Assembly (NCBI GenBank): GCA_964016885.1
Contig: OZ024740.1
Span: 144,832,001 to 144,896,000 of the forward strand
Direction: 5' to 3'
DNA: 64,000 nucleotides
DNA from: Eledone cirrhosa
Lineage: Eukaryota
A program made the translations under genes and the position numbers. This document shows positions 49,101 to 61,100 of this stretch, in pieces. Under the pieces are notes generated by a model. It was not told the DNA's origin, did not search any database, and worked only from the letters and a program-made list of their open reading frames with translations. Within the stretch, counting starts at the first letter, position 1; each line of letters opens with the position of its first letter.

Positions 49101-52100
49101 CGTAGTAGTGGCTGTGGTTGTTCTATAGTGGTATGGTGGTGCTGGTGGTCGTAGTAGTGGCTGTGGTTGTTCTATAGTGGTATGGTGTTGGTGGTGGCCG
49201 TAGTAGTGGCTGTGGTTGTTCTATTGTGGTATGGTGGTGGTGGTGGCGTAGTAGTGGCTGTGGTTGTTCTATAGTGATATGGTGGTGGTGGTGGCCGTAG
49301 TAGTGGCTGTGGTTGTTCTATAGTGGTATGCTGGTGGTGGTGGTCGTAGTAGTGGCTGTCGTTGTTCTATAGTGGTATGGTGGTGGTGGTGGTCGTAGTA
49401 GTGGCTGTGGTTGTTCTATAGTGGTATGGTGGTGGTGGTGGTGGCCGTAGTAGTGGCTGTGGTTGTTCTATAGTGGTATGGTTGTGGTGGTGGCCGTAGT
49501 AGTGGCTGTGGTTGTTCTATAGTGGTATGGTGGTGGTGGTGGTCGTAGTAGTGGCTGTCGTTGTTCTATAGTGGTATGGTGGTGGTCGTAGTAGTGGCTG
49601 TGGTTGTTCTATAGTGGTATGGTGGTGGTGGTGGTCGTAGTAGTGGCTGTGGTTGTTCTATAGTGGTATGGTGGTGGTGGTGGCCGTAGTAGTGGCTGTG
49701 GTTGTTCTATTGTGGTATGGTGGTGGTGGTCGTAGTAGTGGCTGTGGTTGTTCTATAGTGGTATGGTGGTGGTGGTGGTCGTAGTAGTGGCTGTGGTTGT
49801 TCTATAGTGGTATGGTGGTGGTGGTGGTCGTAGTAGTGGCTGTGGTTGTTCTATAGTGGTATGGTGGTGGTGGTGGCCGTAGTAGTGGCTGTGGTTGTTC
49901 TATAGTGGTATGGTGGTGGTCGTCGTAGTAGTGGCTGTGGTTGTTCTATAGTGGTATGGTGGTGGTGGTGACCGTAGTAGTGGCTGTGCTTGTTCTATAG
50001 TGGTATGGTGGTGGTGGTGGCCGTAGTAGTGGTTGTGGTTGTTCTATAGTGGTATGGTGTTGGTGGTGGTCGTAGTAGTGGCTGTTGTTGTTCTATAGTG
50101 GTATGGTGGTGGTGGTGACCTTAGTAGTGGTTGTGGTTGTTCTATAGTGGTATGGTGTTGGTGGTGGTCGTAGTAGTGGCTGTGGTTGTTCTATAGTGGT
50201 GTGGTGGTGATGGTGGCCGTAGTAGTGACTGTGGTTGTTCTATAGTGGTATGGTGGTGGTGGTGACCTTAGTAGTGGTTGTGGTTGTTCTATAGTGGTAT
50301 GGTGTTGGTGGTGGGCGTAGTAGTGGCTGTGGTTGTTCTATAGTGGTATGGTGGTGGTGGTGGCCGTAGTAGTGGCTGTGGTTGTTCTATAGTGGTATGG
50401 TGGTGGTGGCCGTAGTAGTGGCTGTGGTTGTTCTATAGTGGTATGGTGGTGGTGGCCGTAGTAGTGGCTGTGGTTGTTCTATAGTGGTATGGTGGTGGTG
50501 GCCGTAGTAGTGGCTGTGGTTGTTCTATAGTGGTATGGTGGTGGTGGTGGGCGTAGTAGTGGCTGTGGTTGTTCTATAGTGGTATGGTGGTGGTGGTGGT
50601 CGTAGTAGTGGCTGTGGTTGTTCTATAGTGGTATGGTGGTGGTGGTGGTCGTAGTAGTGGCTGTCGTTGTTCTATAGTGGTATGGTGTTGGTGGTGGGCG
50701 TAGTAGTGGCTGAGGTTGTTCTATAGTGGTATGGTGGTGGTGGTCGTAGTAGTGGTTGTGGTTGTTCTATAGTGGTATGGTGGTGGTGGTCGTAGTAGTG
50801 GTTGTGGTTGTTCTATAGTGGTATGGTGGTGGTGGTCGTAGTAGTGGTTGTGGTTGTTCTATAGTGGTATGGTGGTGGTGGTCGTAGTAGTGGCTGTGGT
50901 TGTTCTATAGTGGTATGGTGGTGGTGGTCGTAGTAGTGGCTGTGGTTGTTCTATAGTGGTATGGTGGTGGTGGTAGTCGTAGTAGTGGCTGTGGTTGTTC
51001 TATAGTGGTATGGTGGTGGTGGTGGCCGTAGTAGTGGCTGTGGTTGTTCTATAGTGGTATGGTGGTGGTCGTAGTAGTGGCTGTGGTTGTTCTATAGTGG
51101 TATGGTGGTGGTGGTGGCCGTAGTAGTGGCTGTGGTTGTTCTATAGTGGTATGGTGGTGGTGGTGGTCGTAGTAGTGGCTGTGGTTGTTCTATAGTGGTA
51201 TGGTGGTGGTGGTGGCCGTAGTAGTGACTGTGGTTGTTCTATAGTGGTATGGTGGTGGTGGTCGTAGTAGTGGCTGTGGTTGTTCTATAGTGGTATGGTG
51301 GTGGTGGTAGTCGTAGTAGTGGCTGTGGTTGTTCTATAGTGGTATGGTGGTGGTGGTGGTCGTAGTAGTGGCTGTGGTTGTTCTATAGTGGTATGGTGGT
51401 GGTGGTGGCCGTAGTAGTGGCTGTGGTTGTTCTATAGTGGTATGGTGGTGGTGGTGGTCGTAGTAGTGGCTGTGGTTGTTCTATAGTGGTATGGTGGTGG
51501 TGGTGGCCGTAGTAGTGGCTGTGGTTGTTCTATAGTGGTATGGTGGTGGTGGTGGCCGTATTAGTGGCTGTGGTTATTCTATAGTGGTATGGTGGTGGTG
51601 GTGGTCGTAGTAGTGGCTGTGGTTGTTCTATAGTGGTATGATGGTGGTGGCCGTAGTAGTGGCTGTGGTTGTTCTATAGTGGTATGGTGGTGGTGGTGGC
51701 CGTAGTAGTGGCTGTGGTTGTTCTATAGTGGTATGGTGTTGGTGGTGGGCGTAGTAGTGGCTGTGGTTGTTCTATAGTGGTATGGTGGTGGTGGTGGCCG
51801 TAGTAGTGGCTGTGGTTGTTCTATAGTGGTATGGTGGTGGTGGTGGTCGTAGTAGTGGCTGTCGTTGTTATATAGTGGTATGGTGTTGGTGGTGGGCGTA
51901 GTAGTGGCTGTGGTTGTTCTATAGTGGTATGGTGGTGGTAGTGGCCGTAGTAGTGGCTGTGGTTGTTCTATAGTGGTATGGTGTTGGTGGTGGGCGTAGT
52001 AGTGGCTGTGGCTGTTCTATAGTGGTATGGTGGTGGTGGTGGTCGTAGTAGTTGCTGTGTTTGTTCTATAGTGGTATGGTGGTGGTGGTGGCCGTAGTAG

Positions 52101-55100
52101 TGGATGTGGTTGTTCTATAGTGGTATGGTGGTGGTGGTCGTCGTAGTAGTGTCTGTGGTTGTTCTATAGTGGTATGGTGGTGGTGGTGGTCGTAGTAGTT
52201 GCTGTGGTTGTTCTATAGTGGTATGGTGGTGGTGGTGGCCGTAGTAGTGGCTGTGGTTGTTCTATAGTGGTATGGTGGTGGTGGTCGCCGTAGTAGTGTC
52301 TGCGGTTGTTCTATAGTGGTATGGTGGTGGTGGTGGCCGTAGTAGTGGCTGTGGTTGTTCTTTAGTGGTATGGTGGTGGTGGTGGTCATAGTAGTGGCTG
52401 TCGTTGTTCTATAGTGGTATGGTGGTGGTGGTGGCCGTAGTAGTGGCTGTGGTTGTTCTATAGTGGTATGGTGGTGGTGGTGGTCGTAGTAGTGGCTGTG
52501 GTTGTTCTATAGTGGTATGGTGGTGGTGGTGGTGGCCGTAGTAGTGGCTCTCGTTGTTTTATAGTGGTATGGTGGTGGTTGTGGTTGTAGTAGTGGCTGT
52601 GGTTGTTCTATAGTGGTGTGGTGGTGGCCGTAGTAGTGGCTGTGGTTGTTCTATAGTGGTATGGTGGTGGTGGTGGTCGTAGTAGTAACTGTGGTTGTTC
52701 TATAGTGGTGTGGTGGTGGTGGTGGTCGTAGTAGTGGCTGTGGTTGTTCTATAGTGGTATGGTGTTGGTGGTGGTCGTAGTAGTGGCTGTGGTTGTTCTA
52801 TAGTGGTATGGTGGTGGTGGTGGTCGTAGTAGTGACTGTGGTTGTTCTATAGTGGTATGGTGGTGGTCGTAGTAGTGGCTGTGGTTGTTCTATAGTGGTA
52901 TGGTGGTGGTGGTGGCCGTAGTAGTGGCTGTGGTTGTTCTATAGTGGTATGGTGGTGGTGGTGGTCGTAGTAGTGGCTGTGGTTTTTCTATAGTGGTATG
53001 GTGGTGGTGGTGGTCGTAGCAGTGGCTGTGGTTGTTCTATTGTGGTATGGTGGTGGTGGTGGTCGTAGTAGTGGCTGTGGTTGTTCTATAGTGGTATGGT
53101 GGTGGTGGTGGCAGTAGTAGTGGCTGTCGTTGTTCTATAGTGGTATGGTGGTGGTGGTGGTCGTAGTAGTGGCTGTGGTTGTCTATAGTGGTATGGTGGT
53201 GGTGGTGGTCGTAGTAGTGGCTGTGGTTGTTCTATAGTGGTATGGTGCTGGTGGTGGTCGTAGTAGTGGCTGTGGTTGTTCTATAGTGGTATGGTGGTGG
53301 TGGTGGCCGTAGTAGTGGCTGTGGTTGTTCTATAGTGGTATGGTGGTGGTGGTGGTCGTAGTAGTGGCTGTGGTTGTTCTATAGTGGTATGGTGGTGGTG
53401 GTCGTAGTAGTGGCTGTGGTTGTTCTATAGTGGTATGGTGGTGGTGGCCGTAGTAGTGGCTGTGGTTGTTCTATAGTGGTATGTTGGTGGTGGTGGTCAT
53501 AGTAGTGGCTGTGGTTGTTCTATAGTGGTATGGTGGTGGTTGTGGTCGTAGTAGTGGCTGTGGTTGTTCTATAGTGGTATGGTGGTGGTGGTGGTCGTAG
53601 TAGTGGCTGTGGTTGTTCTATAGTGGTATTGTGCTGGTGGTGGTCGTAGTAGTGGCTGTGGTTGTTCTATAGTGGTATGGTGGTGGTGGTGGTCGTAGTA
53701 GTGGCTGTGGTTGTTCTATAGTGGTATGGTGGTGGTGGTGGTCGTAGTAGTGGCTGTGGTTGTTCTATAGTGGTATGGTGCTGGTGGTGGTCGTAGTAGT
53801 GGCTGTGGTTGTTCTATAGTGGTATGGTGCTGGTGGTGGTCGTAGTAGTGGCTGTGGTTGTTCTATAGTGGTATGGTGCTGGTGGTGGTCGTAGTAGTGG
53901 CTGTGGTTGTTCTATAGTGGTATGGTGGTGGTGGTGGGCGTAGTAGTGGCTGTGGTTGTTCTATAGTGGTATGGTGGTGGTGGTGGTCGTAGTAGTGGCT
54001 GTGGTTGTTCTATAGTGGTATGGTGCTGGTGGTGGTCGTAGTAGTGGCTGTGGTTGTTCTATAGTGGTATGGTGGTGGTGGTGGCCGTAGTAGTGGCTGT
54101 GGTTGTTCTATAGTGGTATGGTGGTGGTGGTGGTCGTAGTAGTGGCTGTGGTTGTTCTATAGTGGTATGGTGGTGGTGGTGGTCGTAGTAGTGGCTGTGG
54201 TTGTTCTATAGTGGTATGGTGGTGGTGGTGGTCGTAGTAGTGGCTGTGGTTGTTCTATAGTGGTATGGTGGTGGTGGTGGTCGTAGTTGTGGCTGTGGTT
54301 GTTCTATAGTGGTATGGTGGTGGTGGTCGTAGTAGTGGCTGTGGTTGTTCTATAGTGGTGTGGTGGTGGTGGTGGCCATAGTAGTGGCTGTGGTTTTTCT
54401 ATAGTGGTATGGTGGTGGTGGTGGTGGCCGTAGTAGTGGCTGTGGTTGTTCTATAGTGGTATGGTGGTGGTGGTGGTCGTAGTAGTGGCTGTGGTTGTTC
54501 TATAGTGGTATGGTGGTGGTGGTTGCCGTAGTAGTGGCTGCGGTTGTTCTATAGTGGTATGGTGGTGGTGGTTGCCGTAGTAGTGGCTGTTGTTGTTCTA
54601 TAGTGGTATGGTGGTGGTGGCCGTAGTAGTGGCTGTGGTTGTTCTATAGTGGTATGGTGGTGGTTGTCGTAGTAGTGGCTGTGGTTGTTCTATAGTGGTA
54701 TGGTGGTGGTGGTGGTCGTAGTAGTGGCTGTGGTTGTTCTATAGTGGTATGGTGGTGGTGGTGACCGTAGTAGTGGCTGTGCTTGTTCTATAGTGGTATG
54801 GTGGTGGTGGTGGCCGTAGTAGTGGTTGTGGTTGTTCTATAGTGGTATGGTGTTGGTGGTGGTCGTAGTAGTGGCTGTTGTTGTTCTATAGTGGTATGGT
54901 GGTGGTGGTGACCTTAGTAGTGGTTGTGGTTGTTCTATAGTGGTATGGTGTTGGTGGTGGTCGTAGTAGTGGCTGTGGTTGTTCTATAGTGGTGTGGTGG
55001 TGGCCGTAGTAGTGGCTGTGGTTGTTCTATAGTGGTATGGTGGTGATGGTGGCCGTAGTAGTGACTGTGGTTGTTCTATAGTGGTATGGTGGTGGTGGTG

Positions 55101-58100
55101 ACCTTAGTAGTGGTTGTGGTTGTTCTATAGTGGTATGGTGTTGGTGGTGGGCGTAGTAGTGGCTGTGGTTGTTCTATAGTGGTATGGTGGTGGTGGTGGC
55201 CGTAGTAGTGGCTGTGGTTGTTCTATAGTGGTATGGTGGTGGTGGCCGTAGTAGTGGCTGTGGTTGTTCTATAGTGGTATGGTGGTGGTGGCCGTAGTAG
55301 TGGCTGTGGTTGTTCTATAGTGGTATGGTGGTGGTGGCCGTAGTAGTGGCTGTGGTTGTTCTATAGTGGTATGGTGGTGGTGGTGGGCGTAGTAGTGGCT
55401 GTGGTTGTTCTATAGTGGTATGGTGGTGGTGGTGGTCGTAGTAGTGGCTGTGGTTGTTCTATAGTGGTATGGTGGTGGTGGTGGTCGTAGTAGTGGCTGT
55501 CGTTGTTCTATAGTGGTATGGTGTTGGTGGTGGGCGTAGTAGTGGCTGAGGTTGTTCTATAGTGGTATGGTGGTGGTGGTCGTAGTAGTGGTTGTGGTTG
55601 TTCTATAGTGGTATGGTGGTGGTGGACGTAGTAGTGGTTGTGGTTGTTCTATAGTGGTATGGTGGTGGTGGTCGTAGTAGTGGTTGTGGTTGTTCTATAG
55701 TGGTATGGTGGTGGTGGTCGTAGTAGTGGCTGTGGTTGTTCTATAGTGGTATGGTGGTGGTGGTCGTAGTAGTGGCTGTGGTTGTTCTATAGTGGTATGG
55801 TGGTGGTGGTAGTCGTAGTAGTGGCTGTGGTTGTTCTATAGTGGTATGGTGGTGGTGGTGGCCGTAGTAGTGGCTGTGGTTGTTCTATAGTGGTATGGTG
55901 GTGGTGGTGGTCGTAGTAGTGGCTGTGGTTGTTCTATAGTGGTATGGTGGTGGTGGTGGCCGTAGTAGTGGCTGTGGTTGTTCTATAGTGGTATGGTGGT
56001 GGTGGTGGTCGTAGTAGTGGCTGTGGTTGTTCTATAGTGGTATGGTGGTGGTGGTCGTAGTAGTGGCTGTGGTTGTTCTATAGTGGTATGGTGGTGGTGG
56101 CCGTAGTAGTGGCTGTGGTTGTTCTATAGTGGTATGTTGGTGGTGGTGGTCATAGTAGTGGCTGTGGTTGTTCTATAGTGGTATGGTGGTGGTTGTGGTC
56201 GTAGTAGTGGCTGTGGTTGTTCTATAGTGGTATGGTGGTGGTGGTGGTCGTAGTAGTGGCTGTGGTTGTTCTATAGTGGTATTGTGCTGGTGGTGGTCGT
56301 AGTAGTGGCTGTGGTTGTTCTATAGTGGTATGGTGGTGGTGGTGGTCGTAGTAGTGGCTGTGGTTGTTCTATAGTGGTATGGTGGTGGTGGTGGTCGTAG
56401 TAGTGGCTGTGGTTGTTCTATAGTGGTATGGTGCTGGTGGTGGTCGTAGTAGTGGCTGTGGTTGTTCTATAGTGGTATGGTGCTGGTGGTGGTCGTAGTA
56501 GTGGCTGTGGTTGTTCTATAGTGGTATGGTGCTGGTGGTGGTCGTAGTAGTGGCTGTGGTTGTTCTATAGTGGTATGGTGGTGGTGGTGGGCGTAGTAGT
56601 GGCTGTGGTTGTTCTATAGTGGTATGGTGGTGGTGGTGGTCGTAGTAGTGGCTGTGGTTGTTCTATAGTGGTATGGTGCTGGTGGTGGTCGTAGTAGTGG
56701 CTGTGGTTGTTCTATAGTGGTATGGTGGTGGTGGTGGCCGTAGTAGTGGCTGTGGTTGTTCTATAGTGGTATGGTGGTGGTGGTGGTCGTAGTAGTGGCT
56801 GTGGTTGTTCTATAGTGGTATGGTGGTGGTGGTGGTCGTAGTAGTGGCTGTGGTTGTTCTATAGTGGTATGGTGGTGGTGGTGGTCGTAGTAGTGGCTGT
56901 GGTTGTTCTATAGTGGTATGGTGGTGGTGGTGGTCGTAGTTGTGGCTGTGGTTGTTCTATAGTGGTATGGTGGTGGTGGTCGTAGTAGTGGCTGTGGTTG
57001 TTCTATAGTGGTGTGGTGGTGGTGGTGGCCATAGTAGTGGCTGTGGTTTTTCTATAGTGGTATGGTGGTGGTGGTGGTGGCCGTAGTAGTGGCTGTGGTT
57101 GTTCTATAGTGGTATGGTGGTGGTGGTGGTCGTAGTAGTGGCTGTGGTTGTTCTATAGTGGTATGGTGGTGGTGGTTGCCGTAGTAGTGGCTGCGGTTGT
57201 TCTATAGTGGTATGGTGGTGGTGGTTGCCGTAGTAGTGGCTGTTGTTGTTCTATAGTGGTATGGTGGTGGTGGCCGTAGTAGTGGCTGTGGTTGTTCTAT
57301 AGTGGTATGGTGGTGGTTGTCGTAGTAGTGGCTGTGGTTGTTCTATAGTGGTATGGTGGTGGTGGTGGTCGTAGTAGTGGCTGTGGTTGTTCTATAGTGG
57401 TATGGTGGTGGTGGTGACCGTAGTAGTGGCTGTGCTTGTTCTATAGTGGTATGGTGGTGGTGGTGGCCGTAGTAGTGGTTGTGGTTGTTCTATAGTGGTA
57501 TGGTGTTGGTGGTGGTCGTAGTAGTGGCTGTTGTTGTTCTATAGTGGTATGGTGGTGGTGGTGACCTTAGTAGTGGTTGTGGTTGTTCTATAGTGGTATG
57601 GTGTTGGTGGTGGTCGTAGTAGTGGCTGTGGTTGTTCTATAGTGGTGTGGTGGTGGCCGTAGTAGTGGCTGTGGTTGTTCTATAGTGGTATGGTGGTGAT
57701 GGTGGCCGTAGTAGTGACTGTGGTTGTTCTATAGTGGTATGGTGGTGGTGGTGACCTTAGTAGTGGTTGTGGTTGTTCTATAGTGGTATGGTGTTGGTGG
57801 TGGGCGTAGTAGTGGCTGTGGTTGTTCTATAGTGGTATGGTGGTGGTGGTGGCCGTAGTAGTGGCTGTGGTTGTTCTATAGTGGTATGGTGGTGGTGGCC
57901 GTAGTAGTGGCTGTGGTTGTTCTATAGTGGTATGGTGGTGGTGGCCGTAGTAGTGGCTGTGGTTGTTCTATAGTGGTATGGTGGTGGTGGCCGTAGTAGT
58001 GGCTGTGGTTGTTCTATAGTGGTATGGTGGTGGTGGTGGGCGTAGTAGTGGCTGTGGTTGTTCTATAGTGGTATGGTGGTGGTGGTGGTCGTAGTAGTGG

Positions 58101-61100
58101 CTGTGGTTGTTCTATAGTGGTATGGTGGTGGTGGTGGTCGTAGTAGTGGCTGTCGTTGTTCTATAGTGGTATGGTGTTGGTGGTGGGCGTAGTAGTGGCT
58201 GAGGTTGTTCTATAGTGGTATGGTGGTGGTGGTCGTAGTAGTGGTTGTGGTTGTTCTATAGTGGTATGGTGGTGGTGGACGTAGTAGTGGTTGTGGTTGT
58301 TCTATAGTGGTATGGTGGTGGTGGTCGTAGTAGTGGTTGTGGTTGTTCTATAGTGGTATGGTGGTGGTGGTCGTAGTAGTGGCTGTGGTTGTTCTATAGT
58401 GGTATGGTGGTGGTGGTCGTAGTAGTGGCTGTGGTTGTTCTATAGTGGTATGGTGGTGGTGGTAGTCGTAGTAGTGGCTGTGGTTGTTCTATAGTGGTAT
58501 GGTGGTGGTGGTGGCCGTAGTAGTGGCTGTGGTTGTTCTATAGTGGTATGGTGGTGGTGGTGGTCGTAGTAGTGGCTGTGGTTGTTCTATAGTGGTATGG
58601 TGGTGGTGGTGGCCGTAGTAGTGGCTGTGGTTGTTCTATAGTGGTATGGTGGTGGTGGTGGTCGTAGTAGTGGCTGTGGTTGTTCTATAGTGGTATGGTG
58701 GTGGTGGTGGCCGTAGTAGTGACTGTGGTTGTTCTATAGTGGTATGGTGGTGGTGGTCGTAGTAGTGGCTGTGGTTGTTCTATAGTGGTATGGTGGTGGT
58801 GGTAGTCGTAGTAGAGGCTGTGGTTGTTCTATAGTGGTATGGTGGTGGTGGTGGTCGTAGTAGTGGCTGTGGTTGTTCTATAGTGGTATGGTGGTGGTGG
58901 TGGCCGTAGTAGTGGCTGTGGTTGTTCTATAGTGGTATGGTGGTGGTGGTGGTCGTAGTAGTGGCTGTGGTTGTTCTATAGTGGTATGGTGGTGGTGGTG
59001 GCCGTAGTAGTGGCTGTGGTTGTTCTATAGTGGTATGGTGGTGGTGGTGGTCGTAGTAGTGGCTGTGGTTGTTCTATAGTGGTATGATGGTGGTGGCCGT
59101 AGTAGTGGCTGTGGTTGTTCTATAGTGGTATGGTGGTGGTGGTGGCCGTAGTAGTGGCTGTGGTTGTTCTATAGTGGTATGGTGTTGGTGGTGGGCGTAG
59201 TAGTGGCTGTGGTTGTTCTATAGTGGTATGGTGGTGGTGGTGGCCGTAGTAGTGGCTGTGGTTGTTCTATAGTGGTATGGTGGTGGTGGTGGTCGTAGTA
59301 GTGGCTGTCGTTGTTCTATAGTGGTATGGTGTTGGTGGTGGGCGTAGTAGTGGCTGTGGTTGTTCTATAGTGGTATGGTGGTGGTGGTGGCCGTAGTAGT
59401 GGCTGTGGTTGTTCTATAGTGGTATGGTGGTGGTGGTGGTCGTAGTAGTTGCTGTATTTGTTCTATAGTGGTATGGTGGTGGTGGTGGCCGTAGTAGTGG
59501 ATGTGGTTGTTCTATAGTGGTATGGTGGTGGTGGTCGTCGTAGTAGTGTCTGTGGTTGTTCTATAGTGGTATGGTGGTGGTGGTGGTCGTAGTAGTTGCT
59601 GTGGTTGTTCTATAGTGGTATGGTGGTGGTGGTGGCCGTAGTAGTGGCTGTGGTTGTTCTATAGTGGTATGGTGGTGGTGGTCGCCGTAGTAGTGTCTGC
59701 GGTTGTTCTATAGTGGTATGGTGGTGGTGGTGGCCGTAGTAGTGGCTGTGGTTGTTCTTTAGTGGTATGGTGGTGGTGGTGGTCATAGTAGTGGCTGTCG
59801 TTGTTCTATAGTGGTATGGTGGTGGTGGTGGCCGTAGTAGTGGCTGTGGTTGTTCTATAGTGGTATGGTGGTGGTGGTGGTCGTAGTAGTGGCTGTGGTT
59901 GTTCTATAGTGGTATGGTGGTGGTGGTGGTGGCCGTAGTAGTGGCTCTCGTTGTTTTATAGTGGTATGGTGGTGGTTGTGGTCGTAGTAGTGGCTGTGGT
60001 TGTTCTATAGTGGTATGGTGGTGGTGGTGGCCGTAGTAGTGGCTGTGGTTGTTCTATAGTGGTATGGTGGTGGTGGTGGTCGTAGTAGTAACTGTGGTTG
60101 TTCTATAGTGGTGTGGTGGTGGTGGTGGTCGTAGTAGTGGCTGTGGTTGTTCTATAGTGGTATGGTGTTGGTGGTGGTCGTAGTAGTGGCTGTGGTTGTT
60201 CTATAGTGGTATGGTGGTGGTGGTGGTCGTAGTAGTGACTGTGGTTGTTCTATAGTGGTATGGTGGTGGTCGTAGTAGTGGCTGTGGTTGTTCTATAGTG
60301 GTATGGTGGTGGTGGTGGCCGTAGTAGTGGCTGTGGTTGTTCTATAGTGGTATGGTGGTGGTGGTGGTCGTAGTAGTGGCTGTGGTTTTTCTATAGTGGT
60401 ATGGTGGTGGTGGTGGTCGTAGCAGTGGCTGTGGTTGTTCTATTGTGGTATGGTGGTGGTGGTGGTCGTAGTAGTGGCTGTGGTTGTTCTATAGTGGTAT
60501 GGTGGTGGTGGTGGCAGTAGTAGTGGCTGTCGTTGTTCTATAGTGGTATGGTGGTGGTGGTGGTCGTAGTAGTGGCTGTGGTTGTCTATAGTGGTATGGT
60601 GGTGGTGGTGGTCGTAGTAGTGGCTGTGGTTGTTCTATAGTGGTATGGTGCTGGTGGTGGTCGTAGTAGTGGCTGTGGTTGTTCTATAGTGGTATGGTGG
60701 TGGTGGTGGCCGTAGTAGTGGCTGTGGTTGTTCTATAGTGGTATGGTGGTGGTGGTGGTCGTAGTAGTGGCTGTGGTTGTTCTATAGTGTTATGGTGGTG
60801 GTGGTCGTAGTAGTGGCTGTGGTTGTTCTATAGTGGTATGGTGGTGGTGGCCGTAGTAGTGGCTGTGGTTGTTCTATAGTGGTATGTTGGTGGTGGTGGT
60901 CATAGTAGTGGCTGTGGTTGTTCTATAGTGGTATGGTGGTGGTTGTGGTCGTAGTAGTGGCTGTGGTTGTTCTATAGTGGTATGGTGGTCGTAGTAGTGG
61001 CTGTGGTTGTTCTATAGTGGTATTGTGCTGGTGGTGGTCGTAGTAGTGGCTGTGGTTGTTCTATAGTGGTATGGTGGTGGTGGTGGTCGTAGTAGTGGCT